Below the pieces are notes generated by a model. It searched no databases, had not been told where the DNA came from, and was given only the letters and a program-made list of their open reading frames with translations. Below are positions 8,038-16,291 of a stretch of DNA of 56,907 bases, piece after piece (position 1 is the first letter of the stretch; each line of letters begins with the position of its first letter). Source of the stretch: Microcoleaceae cyanobacterium. GTDB lineage: Bacteria; Cyanobacteriota; Cyanobacteriia; Cyanobacteriales; Microcoleaceae. The translations under genes and the position numbers were made by a program. The DNA lies in NCBI GenBank assembly GCA_051652765.1, contig JBOFUV010000087.1:1-56907 (forward strand), written 5' to 3'.

Positions 8038-8931
8038 ATGATTGAACAAAAATTCTCTGGGGTTATTCCGCCCTTAAGGTTATCGGGAAATTCCAATAAT
8101 CAAATTATCCCCTTAATTGATTGGTCTTATATCTGGAATCGCCACGTTAAAACAGGAGCTATTAACCCAGAGTGGCAGGTTCAATTGGAATATCTTCAAT
8201 GCAATTATTTGATCAAATCCGTTGCAAGGGTTCCAACTTCCGCATTTCCTCAAATGTCGATCAGAGATTCTGCCTTGCAGAAGCAAGCAAAAATGGAAGA
8301 TTACCGCTACAAATTTAATGTAGCTTCAGGTCATGCTATCCAAGTAAACCTGCATACCCAGTGGGGAACAAGTGCTTGGGGGGAACCATGTGCCGCTGAA
8401 CTGCTCTACAACTTAGGTGGAAACATGGGTTACTTGAATTTTTTCAAGCCCTACCTCAGCCGTGATGCAAACGTTGTCTTTGGCGATCGCCTGATGCGGA
8501 TTGGTCTGTCAGTAACCGGAAGCCTGACAAATGATGATTTTATTGAATTCAGCGGAGGGTACAGCGGATCAATTTCCTATACTGCAATTGCAGTCGATTT
8601 AGTGACTACAGCCGGGAAATTTGACGTAAGGACTACCGCTATCAAAATTCTTAATAGCCGAGAAACTCGGAAACGAATCTATATAGGAAATGCAGGAAGT
8701 TCACCTCTCTATTTTCGATTTACCGAGAATATAGAGGCTCTGGATACAAGGGCTGCGCCATTTATTCCGAGTGGTGAAACCCTGACCCTGGAAAACGGAA
8801 AGATTTTTTATTCGGGGGATAATTCCCACCACTGGCTAAGTGAAATGGCAGAGCATTACATCAAGCTTCCGCTCTATGCTGTTCGCTCTAGCGGCTCTGG
8901 GGTGGTTGTAGTGGAGGAACATTATGAGTAG
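8038..8931 (+). CDS. Hypothetical (putative virion/vertex) protein
   Basis: 297 aa; C-terminal RKRIYIGNAG..FIPSGETL beta-sandwich motif. Confidence 0.7.
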   Translation: MIEQKFSGVIPPLRLSGNSNNQIIPLIDWSYIWNRHVKTGAINPEWQVQLEYLQCNYLIKSVARVPTSAFPQMSIRDSALQKQAKMEDYRYKFNVASGHAIQVNLHTQWGTSAWGEPCAAELLYNLGGNMGYLNFFKPYLSRDANVVFGDRLMRIGLSVTGSLTNDDFIEFSGGYSGSISYTAIAVDLVTTAGKFDVRTTAIKILNSRETRKRIYIGNAGSSPLYFRFTENIEALDTRAAPFIPSGETLTLENGKIFYSGDNSHHWLSEMAEHYIKLPLYAVRSSGSGVVVVEEHYE

Positions 8932-10630
8932 GAAAACACCGAAAGCTTCCCTTAAGGCCAAGAAAGAAAAGCAATCTGGAGCAGAGAGCGAGGCTTCCGA
9001 ACCTCAGGGAGAACCGGGGGTTGGCATTGTTCTGGAGATTGAGGCAGGCGGAATTGGGGTAACGGCAGGGGTTCAAGCAGACGGGGATGTCATTGTAGGA
9101 GCAGGGATCGGGATTATTGGTGTGGACTGGAATTTTTCAGACCCTTATAACTCTACAACGAGCTACTTTGGGGATTTGTTTGAATTCACCGGAGAGAGAG
9201 AAGGGTGCAGGGTCAGAATCGATAAATATATCAAGGGTGTTTACGTCACTTCTGAATATCAAACCATCCCTGAGTGTGAGGATGAGGAGAAAGAGGAAGA
9301 AAAACAGGAAGACGAGAAAAGAGAAGATCTCCCCCCCTCTGACTTTGGAGACCTTAACCCAGGCTGGGAGGGTTGGAAGCCGGGAGACGGGAACAGCCCG
9401 ACATTCCCCCCTAATGGCTTACCCGGATCGGGATCTGGATATGCAATTCTGGGTACTGTTTCAGGGGCGTTTCAAATGTATCGTGAGGAGGGGCAGGGTT
9501 GGCGTTGGAAAAGTAGCCACCTGGTCTCCATAACCTGTGTCTCAGCTTTCAAGGAAGATACATACATCCATCAAGAAGTAGTTCATACGAGCTACGGGAT
9601 TTTAGTTTTTAACCCAGAATTTTCTGATGATGAGGGTTATTCAGGTGGGTCAAGCCTGACTCAGTTTGATCGGTACAGGCCAACGGATCGGGAATGGTGG
9701 CACAGAATCCTCCCTGATGGGAGTGGAGATTTTTACACAATGAGACGTGGCGCAGGAGATTCAACCTATGTAAGCTGTCATAAAGGAAAATTCCCTCAAA
9801 TGAGCGGCTATTTTCAGCCACAATTTTCAGCCACCTCTGGCCCATATGGAGATAGTGTTTCATGGGCTTATCCAAGTTTGACCCCAGTAGAGATCATCCC
9901 AGGCAACTTTAACCCAGCGCGTAGAGCGTTCAAAAAACCACCCCCAGTGAGGCTAGATCCCCCTATGGACTGTTGCGATGAATTGATGAAATTGGTTAGC
10001 GAAATCCATGAATGTTTGGCGGCGGAAACAATGCTAGACAAGGGTATAACCGTCCCTTCTAGGTTGATTACAGCCGGGGGAGTTAAGAAATTAAAATTAG
10101 AAAATTACCTTGATCTTTTAGCGTTTCAAATCCGCGCCCAGGATCATTTAGGGATTCATCCCTTTAAAGCCTCTCTTAGTGATGCAAACCCCGCCCTGGC
10201 AGGGGATCAAAAGATAGAGATTGAATTTGCAAATGCAACCAGCTTTGCTAAAAAACTAACTGAAATGATGCTTGAATCGGACGGGGAATCAGCAGCCCGT
10301 CTTAATTTACAGATTCGGATTGCTATTGCAGTCAGCCAAATTTTAAATGCAGTTTCTATCATCAGTAAGGGAGTTCAGTCAATTGCCTCTTTTGTTGGAA
10401 TGCCAATCAGGGAAAAGCGAGGCACAATTGAGATGCCTTTTGATCCCAGCTTGGGAGCCAGAAAAAGAGGGGGATTTGCATTAGGTAAAAAACTGGACAT
10501 CAACACAGAAAAAGCTACAGAACAAATCCTCCCTGAGTTCATGCAGAACTCTAAACAGCCCTATGTCTATGAGGATTACGATGGAGCTAGACCAACCCTG
10601 CTGGAACAACTTAGAGATATAGGAAAGTAA
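8924..10630 (+). CDS. Large hypothetical (putative virion) protein
   Basis: 568 aa; GGAGG SD; acidic and Pro-rich linkers, helical C-terminal third. Confidence 0.75.
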   Translation: MSRKTPKASLKAKKEKQSGAESEASEPQGEPGVGIVLEIEAGGIGVTAGVQADGDVIVGAGIGIIGVDWNFSDPYNSTTSYFGDLFEFTGEREGCRVRIDKYIKGVYVTSEYQTIPECEDEEKEEEKQEDEKREDLPPSDFGDLNPGWEGWKPGDGNSPTFPPNGLPGSGSGYAILGTVSGAFQMYREEGQGWRWKSSHLVSITCVSAFKEDTYIHQEVVHTSYGILVFNPEFSDDEGYSGGSSLTQFDRYRPTDREWWHRILPDGSGDFYTMRRGAGDSTYVSCHKGKFPQMSGYFQPQFSATSGPYGDSVSWAYPSLTPVEIIPGNFNPARRAFKKPPPVRLDPPMDCCDELMKLVSEIHECLAAETMLDKGITVPSRLITAGGVKKLKLENYLDLLAFQIRAQDHLGIHPFKASLSDANPALAGDQKIEIEFANATSFAKKLTEMMLESDGESAARLNLQIRIAIAVSQILNAVSIISKGVQSIASFVGMPIREKRGTIEMPFDPSLGARKRGGFALGKKLDINTEKATEQILPEFMQNSKQPYVYEDYDGARPTLLEQLRDIGK

Positions 10631-10633
10631 TTT

Positions 10634-11587
10634 ATGGAGATTGCTAGCTCCACTCTTTCAAGCGCAATTTCTTTAGGTCTAGACGTTGACCTAAAGTTTT
10701 TGGCATCAGTCGGATCAAAGGTTTTGGGTTGGGTCGATCTTAAGATGAGTTCCGCTTGGAATTACATCAAGAAAATTGGACAGGGAGGGAAAGCCTTAAT
10801 TGAAAGCATCCGTCAAGGTAGCTTTTTTAAGATCTTTAAATCTTGGGTAAAAGAAGATCCGGGTGCAGCAGCAGCCGGAGTGGCGGCTGCTGGCTTGGCG
10901 GCTGCAACCGTTTTGATTATCGGAGGAACTGCCGTTGCCTGGATTGGAAGCGGAATCGGAGCATTGGTTTCTCGTATCGGTTTACTTGGATCTGTTGGCG
11001 CAACCGCATCAATAGGCGCTATCATCGCGCCTCTTTTTAATACCGCTGAAACTATTTACTCTATGGATTGGCAGATTACAGATGAGGCCATCATGGGGCA
11101 AATCAACGCAGCGATTACAGCCATGTATGGCCCTTTTGGGGAATTCCTAGGGCGAAGCATCGCAACCGTCGCAGCCGGAACAGTCGCCCGCGCCCCCAGA
11201 ACTCAAGTCAATATCAACCGACTGGCCTTAGCAAGCCTGATTCATCCAGACAGCGCCAATGATTTACAAATCAGCGCCGCCCAGCTTGCCTATACCGGAC
11301 TGATCACCGCTCGCAGGATCGCCGCAATGTATGCCTTGATGAAAGGTAGGCAGGCCATTAAAAGACTCTGGAAAAAATTACCAGAAAGCATCCGAACCCA
11401 GTTACCAGGCTTAAATGCCGCCGTGACCACTTGGGGTGAAAAAGGCAAGGAGCCTTGGTCACTCGAATCGGAGGTTGAGGAACGCATTGAGGCAATTGAC
11501 GATCCCAAACTTCAATTAATGGCTGAAGGATTTTTAGACGGCTTTTGGGATCAGTTTCGTGAATCAGTCGAGTATGTGTATTCGTGA
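10634..11587 (+). CDS. Ala/Gly-rich membrane protein (DNA-delivery-like by inference)
   Basis: Long hydrophobic AAAAGVAAAGLAAATVLIIGG..IGAIIAP segment. Confidence 0.7.
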   Translation: MEIASSTLSSAISLGLDVDLKFLASVGSKVLGWVDLKMSSAWNYIKKIGQGGKALIESIRQGSFFKIFKSWVKEDPGAAAAGVAAAGLAAATVLIIGGTAVAWIGSGIGALVSRIGLLGSVGATASIGAIIAPLFNTAETIYSMDWQITDEAIMGQINAAITAMYGPFGEFLGRSIATVAAGTVARAPRTQVNINRLALASLIHPDSANDLQISAAQLAYTGLITARRIAAMYALMKGRQAIKRLWKKLPESIRTQLPGLNAAVTTWGEKGKEPWSLESEVEERIEAIDDPKLQLMAEGFLDGFWDQFRESVEYVYS

Positions 11588-11599
11588 GGAGCCTAAAAA

Positions 11600-11938
11600 A
11601 TGACGAAACCATCAAAAGCTCCAGCACCAAAGGTCAACAAGAAAGGCGCGATTAATCATAGTAATACTCGCAGGGCTAGCCGACCACGGAACCCAGTAGA
11701 ACAAGGGCAGGCAGTTTACGACGACATCACCGCAGAAGTAGTGGCTCACATTAACGATGACTTGCTCCCTCAATTCTTCCTCATGGTTGAGGCGGTCAGA
11801 GAAGCAATGGGAATCAAAGACGAAAACGGCAGGCTACCCAGTGAGCGGCTGGAGATTGCTATCAAAAATCTCAAAAGTCGTTCAGGAGACAAGGCAATGA
11901 TTGAAATCAATAAACCAATAGAACCCAAGAAAAAATGA
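11600..11938 (+). CDS. Hypothetical protein with basic N-terminus
   Basis: GAGGAG SD; ATGA overlap with next gene. Confidence 0.65.
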   Translation: MTKPSKAPAPKVNKKGAINHSNTRRASRPRNPVEQGQAVYDDITAEVVAHINDDLLPQFFLMVEAVREAMGIKDENGRLPSERLEIAIKNLKSRSGDKAMIEINKPIEPKKK

Positions 11939-13014
11939 CCGCTGAGGAGACCCTGATTAAACGCTATTTTGAACGATTCAAAAAGCAAGAGAAAATCCTA
12001 GCAGTCCTAGGAAAAGAAGGGTTTGAAGAAAAGTTAGAAGAATGGTTTGAACGTTGGGAAACCGGATTTAGATCAATGATCAACCGACCACCCCACAGTT
12101 CTACAGCGTCTAAATTAACAACAAATTACCCGATAGCAACCACCACCACAGCCAAGGGATGGCGAATTGAGAAAGAGCGCCGACCCGCTTATTTAATCTG
12201 GAAAAACCCGAATCCTAAAGCTTTTCCAGGCTATAAAACAATTGAATATTTCCCAGATAGAAGTAATACAACCAAGTCCTATGTATTAACAGGAAACGAC
12301 ACCCAGATTATCAAACAAATCCTCCAAATCGAATACGAAGGCGGAGGATCTAACCAGGAACGACAAGAACGCTTTACTCAGTCGCCATCGTTCCGAGGGT
12401 TTCCCAAAGTGCAGATCTGGTTTTTGGAAGTCCCAAAAGACGTTCCCGCAAGCTATCAGCCAGCGACTGGGCAAATTGGCTTCAGACTCCTCAATAAGAC
12501 CGAACGCTGGGATTTAGTCAACAGTGGCCAGCTCAACTATGAAAAGCTCCGCAATTCAGAAATCCAAAAGATTGCTGAACGAATCATTGAACAGTTCTCT
12601 CCTGGAGGAGTCCCCTACCGTTGGGTAAAAGGTAAAAACTGTTTTAGCTACCGAGATAAGCATAAAGGGATAGAAACTCGGGGGTATGTCCGAACCAAAG
12701 CAGATGGCATTGAACTGAGTAATAAACTTTGCGCTGTTGCTCAAGTCGTCCCCTCAACCAAAGCCTTCCGCTACACCGAGCCTCAAGCCCCAGAGACAGA
12801 TTTTCCTGAAGTTGTTCCCAATCGAATTGTGTTAGGAGATATCAAACCCGGTATTAGAAGTCGCCCAAACACGAATGTTTATTTTGATGGAGCAACCCTG
12901 GCCATTGAAGGGTTGGCCCAGGACATCAGGCTATGCAATTCAACACAAGTCTTGTTTATCGCCAATGCTGAAGATGATCAAGACAGTCAAGGGGGAGGCG
13001 GTTCAAATAATTAA
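11935..13014 (+). CDS. Hypothetical (putative virion) protein
   Basis: 359 aa in the rightward block. Confidence 0.75.
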   Translation: MTAEETLIKRYFERFKKQEKILAVLGKEGFEEKLEEWFERWETGFRSMINRPPHSSTASKLTTNYPIATTTTAKGWRIEKERRPAYLIWKNPNPKAFPGYKTIEYFPDRSNTTKSYVLTGNDTQIIKQILQIEYEGGGSNQERQERFTQSPSFRGFPKVQIWFLEVPKDVPASYQPATGQIGFRLLNKTERWDLVNSGQLNYEKLRNSEIQKIAERIIEQFSPGGVPYRWVKGKNCFSYRDKHKGIETRGYVRTKADGIELSNKLCAVAQVVPSTKAFRYTEPQAPETDFPEVVPNRIVLGDIKPGIRSRPNTNVYFDGATLAIEGLAQDIRLCNSTQVLFIANAEDDQDSQGGGGSNN

Positions 13015-13150
13015 GGCAGATCAAAGCTGAGACACTCTGGGAGCCTTGGTATATACCTGAGAACCTATATAGGTTCCCATAGCTGTAATTTTGCTCCATT
13101 CTCCTCGCAGCCCTGAACTATGCTATGAAAAAACCTTAGAGGAGAACACC

Positions 13151-13789
13151 ATGGTTTCACGTTCCGCAGGCCGAGGCAGCCGTCTAACCGCTAAGACCTA
13201 TCAGAATCTCAAAGACCCGGCTCATAAACAGAAATTCATTGACTACATTGAAGGCCGTAGCGTTCATAAAGTCCCCCGCGCCATCTCGGGAGAAGCCCGT
13301 CAGAAGGTCTCAATCGCCGTTGTTCCGTTTGGAATTCAACTCCCTGGCGCTCCTACCGCAGTAAACCAATACAAAACCAGTGCTACGACTCAAGCAATGG
13401 GAATTGCTAAGGCAATCCAATCCGCCCTCACCATTTTTGGAATTGAGGATGACGAAGTAGGTCAAACCAGCAATAGCCGTTTTGAGCCAGCACTTGCCCG
13501 AGTGACGATTGCTGCCCCTGGCGATACTGGAACCAACTCCGTTTCCGCATTCACTGGGCGAACCAACAAAAAATTCAACAGCCGAGGGGGATCTATCCCA
13601 TTTGGCCGCGTCAGCTCAGCTCCCACTCAGGACTACGATCTCCGGCGTGAGGCTGTCCTCATAGAAATTCGTGGGTACACAACTAACACAGTAAAGAGTG
13701 TTACGTTTGTCCCAGAATATTGGGATACCACGACTGTGGCAAATGTAAATGCTCTTGCCAACGTATCTGGTGGAGTCAACTTCAGCTAA
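13151..13789 (+). CDS. Candidate major virion protein
   Basis: Strong GAGGAG SD before ATG 13151; Arg/Lys-rich N-terminal arm; T/S/G/V-rich body; function is inference. Confidence 0.6.
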   Translation: MVSRSAGRGSRLTAKTYQNLKDPAHKQKFIDYIEGRSVHKVPRAISGEARQKVSIAVVPFGIQLPGAPTAVNQYKTSATTQAMGIAKAIQSALTIFGIEDDEVGQTSNSRFEPALARVTIAAPGDTGTNSVSAFTGRTNKKFNSRGGSIPFGRVSSAPTQDYDLRREAVLIEIRGYTTNTVKSVTFVPEYWDTTTVANVNALANVSGGVNFS

Positions 13790-13791
13790 AC

Positions 13792-14031
13792 ATGAGTCAA
13801 TCTCTCAATTACTGGCTAGCTAACCAGATCGCCGTCGAGGTTCCACTCAATCAAGGGAACGACCTGATGGAAGAGAGACTGGCTCAGGCGATCGCCGTCG
13901 ATAATGCCAGTCACCTTTGGCTTCACGAGAAAATCTCATTTGAAGATATCCCTGAAGTCATTCTGCCCACCTTTGGTCAATCGATTGATGACTACCTGGA
14001 TGAGGTTGTAGCGAACCTGTTCTATGAGTGA
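13792..14031 (+). CDS. Small acidic hypothetical protein
   Basis: ATG 13792 two nt after previous stop; overlaps next gene. Confidence 0.65.
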   Translation: MSQSLNYWLANQIAVEVPLNQGNDLMEERLAQAIAVDNASHLWLHEKISFEDIPEVILPTFGQSIDDYLDEVVANLFYE

Positions 14032-14572
14032 CTTCACAGACGGCTACGGATTGTGGATTGATTGCGGGGAGCTGCCGTCTGACAATACTTGGCAGTTTTT
14101 TCCCCGCCCAACCCAGTCGGGCAGCCTGTTTCGCCTAACCTTTCTGACAAATTGGGCAGACTGGAACCAGCGGAAGGGTTGGCGATCCTTTGGGCGCTTC
14201 CGCTTTGCTCACTATGACGATTCCGGTGCATTCAATCTGGTTGAGCCCAGCTTTCCCATTTATCTAAAACCAGAGCAAATGTTTCTGAGGTTGCCGATTC
14301 TACCCGAACTTTACAACCGACCCTATAACATCCGGTTGGCCTCATTCAAAAAATATCGATTACTCAAACCGATGCCAAAGTTAGAGTCAATCGCCCCAGG
14401 TATCAATTTTGATCAGGCCCAACTCTCTATCCCAGACATCCCCTGGCTGCTAAAAGTAGAATATCTCGCAGATGATGCAAGTAAGGTACAAAGTGAGACA
14501 GACTCACTGAAACAGATCAAAGATCTAATTTACGACATTAAAAACAACCAGAATCAGGAAATGATTTCTTAA
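14024..14572 (+). CDS. Hypothetical protein, aromatic/beta-rich
   Basis: 182 aa, coupled to upstream ORF. Confidence 0.7.
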   Translation: MSDFTDGYGLWIDCGELPSDNTWQFFPRPTQSGSLFRLTFLTNWADWNQRKGWRSFGRFRFAHYDDSGAFNLVEPSFPIYLKPEQMFLRLPILPELYNRPYNIRLASFKKYRLLKPMPKLESIAPGINFDQAQLSIPDIPWLLKVEYLADDASKVQSETDSLKQIKDLIYDIKNNQNQEMIS

Positions 14573-14597
14573 CGACTCCAACCAAGCTCATTCAGTC

Positions 14598-14978
14598 ATG
14601 CATCAGGAAATTCTCAGTTTAATTGCCTTAATTGACTTTTCAAAAGGCTTTCTTCTGAGGGCACTTGAAACAGTTTATTTAGTCCAAATCCCTCTAAATA
14701 TTTTGATTGCCATTGTTCTACTCAAAACAACAGGTAGAGCTATTTACAAGCTGATTGCTTTCTGGTTTATTTTTCAGACAGCAGAATACATTTGGAGAAT
14801 TCAATCCTTAAAGGGATATGAAGATATCCCCTTAACTCCCCCAAGAGCGTCAATTCTAATTGTCCTGATTTTTCAGATTTTCATTTCGATCTTCATTTTG
14901 ATGGTGACAACTCGGGAGTTGAAAATTTTCAACCGAGCAGTCACGCGACTAAGGGGAAAGGAGTATGGAAATCGCTAA
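14598..14978 (+). CDS. Multi-pass membrane protein, holin-like
   Basis: About three hydrophobic helices and a basic C-terminal tail. Confidence 0.6.
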   Translation: MHQEILSLIALIDFSKGFLLRALETVYLVQIPLNILIAIVLLKTTGRAIYKLIAFWFIFQTAEYIWRIQSLKGYEDIPLTPPRASILIVLIFQIFISIFILMVTTRELKIFNRAVTRLRGKEYGNR

Positions 14979-15321
14979 TGCTTCTCCCGCATTTCAGAGC
15001 GACCAGTGGCAGGCAGTTGGATTAGCTCTGACGGCGCTCACCACCCTACTAGGGAGCGGATTGACCATCTGGGGAGGGATCATCACGAGACAGCATGAAA
15101 TTAAAATCAGAGAGACCAAGATTTCCATTCAAAAAATGGCATCTCTGGAAAAGGCTTTGGAAATCTACCAGGATACCTTAATTAGCGCGGAGACCAGTCT
15201 TTCTGCTTTTACCTTCCTGGGGAATGCAAACCCCAGGGAGCTAGAACTCATCTCAAGGATGCAAGCGAATATTGCCCAAGCGCTGGAAAAGGGGGAGAGG
15301 ATTTTAGAAAACAATCGATAG
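14965..15321 (+). CDS. Single-pass membrane protein with helical C-terminus
   Basis: AVGLALTALTTLLGSGLTIWGGII TM segment; AAGGAG SD. Confidence 0.65.
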   Translation: MEIANASPAFQSDQWQAVGLALTALTTLLGSGLTIWGGIITRQHEIKIRETKISIQKMASLEKALEIYQDTLISAETSLSAFTFLGNANPRELELISRMQANIAQALEKGERILENNR

Positions 15322-15370
15322 GCTGAAATTGAAACGATCTCAACTCTGATGAAAAAGTAGTGGGGATTTA

Positions 15371-15500
15371 CTCTACATCAGTTCAGGGCGCCAGCAGTTG
15401 AGCAAACTTGATGTGGGTTTGTCGACTAATGTCCAGTTGGCAAGACCCAACAATCCTCTGAGAGGGTTGGGTTTGACTACGTGATCCAGATCAGTAGGCT
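15371..15500 (+). ncRNA. Unnamed structured RNA-like motif, copy A
   Basis: Shares TGTCnAGnTGGCAAGACCCAACA and hairpin layout with 28880-29016 (minus strand). Confidence 0.4.
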
Positions 15501-15531
15501 CATATCCTGAAATGATCAAAACTATCAAACC

Positions 15532-15765
15532 CTAACGATTCTCTATGGGAACAACAAACAGAGTAATAATCTCTTTTCTGACGATCTGAACAGGTGTCCC
15601 TTGAGGTAGAACGATATCTGCCTCACATCGGGCATCCCACCAAGTTGCTCGAAACTTGACTCGACCTTTTTCACGAGGTCGGATTTCTTCATCAACGATT
15701 CCTACTCCTAAAACCTGAGGCTGGGTTGCAAGGTTTTTCCGAGCAAACAGTAGTTGGAAAATCAT
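15532..15765 (-). CDS. NfeD-like C-terminal OB-fold protein
   Basis: GIVDEEI...GRVKFRATWWDAR...GTPVQIV...TLFVVP; AAGGAGG SD. Confidence 0.8.
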   Translation of the reverse strand: MIFQLLFARKNLATQPQVLGVGIVDEEIRPREKGRVKFRATWWDARCEADIVLPQGTPVQIVRKEIITLFVVPIENR

Positions 15766-15923
15766 GATTTGGCCTCCTTACTTATGCAGCCTATATTCAG
15801 TCAGATACAGAGGGATGCCATGCCAGCAGTCCTATCCTCTGCAAGACTTTATCTTTATGGAACATAGCCCTTGTGGGGTTATATCCCTTTATCATAACGA
15901 CCCTGAATTATTATGAAAGAATC

Positions 15924-15980
15924 TATAACAATCAGTAATTAGATTTGAGAAAAACTAGAGCGGGGTTTGGGGACGCAGTC
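15924..15980. repeat. Truncated MITE-like repeat (family 1)
   Basis: Near-identical in reverse to 36397-36433; TATAACAATC terminus. Confidence 0.7.
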
Positions 15981-15981
15981 A

Positions 15982-16130
15982 CTAAGAAGGGGGCCTGCGG
16001 CATTCACTGATTGTGATTAAAGTGATTTTGTTGACTCTAAAGCCTCTTGCTTCCGGTCGTGCTTGATAATCTTCTAAAGTTGGGAAGTACCAAGGATTGA
16101 TGGTGTCTGCGTCAACACTATACTTCTTCC
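15982..16130 (-). pseudogene. Fragment resembling the C-terminal part of a class I SAM methyltransferase
   Basis: DADTINPWYFPTLEDYQAR.EARGF.V..ITLI motif with no N-terminal domain. Confidence 0.45.
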
Positions 16131-16291
16131 TTGATTGAGTTAAAAAACTGCTGTGTACAGAAATTTGTTCAAAAAAACTGTTCAAAAAATCCTGAAGAAC
16201 TGATTCAGTTCCTCAGGATTCACATTGAATTTATTACCTCAGAGGTAACAAACTATAAGTTTGAGAAAATAAATTAACTCAGTCACAAACC

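Larger units (their letters stand above)
1..15321. mobile_element. Integrated virus-like element (putative provirus); left end outside window, right end between 15321 and ~15530
   Basis: Dense run of hypothetical ORFs with overlapping start/stop codons; tyrosine recombinase, fibre-like protein, C39 peptidase, RHH regulator, holin-like genes; HIP1 depleted relative to the flank. Confidence 0.85.

Noticed and set aside
4463..15335. ATTGAAAC motifs (4463, 6473, 15328) resembling CRISPR repeat ends
   Set aside because: Isolated, with no repeat-spacer periodicity and no cas genes
15331..15352. Hammerhead ribozyme (GAAAC...CTGATGA)
   Set aside because: Only about 10 nt between the core motifs, too short for the required stems
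15322..15530. attR site
   Set aside because: No tRNA fragment or partner repeat in the window; attL would be outside it
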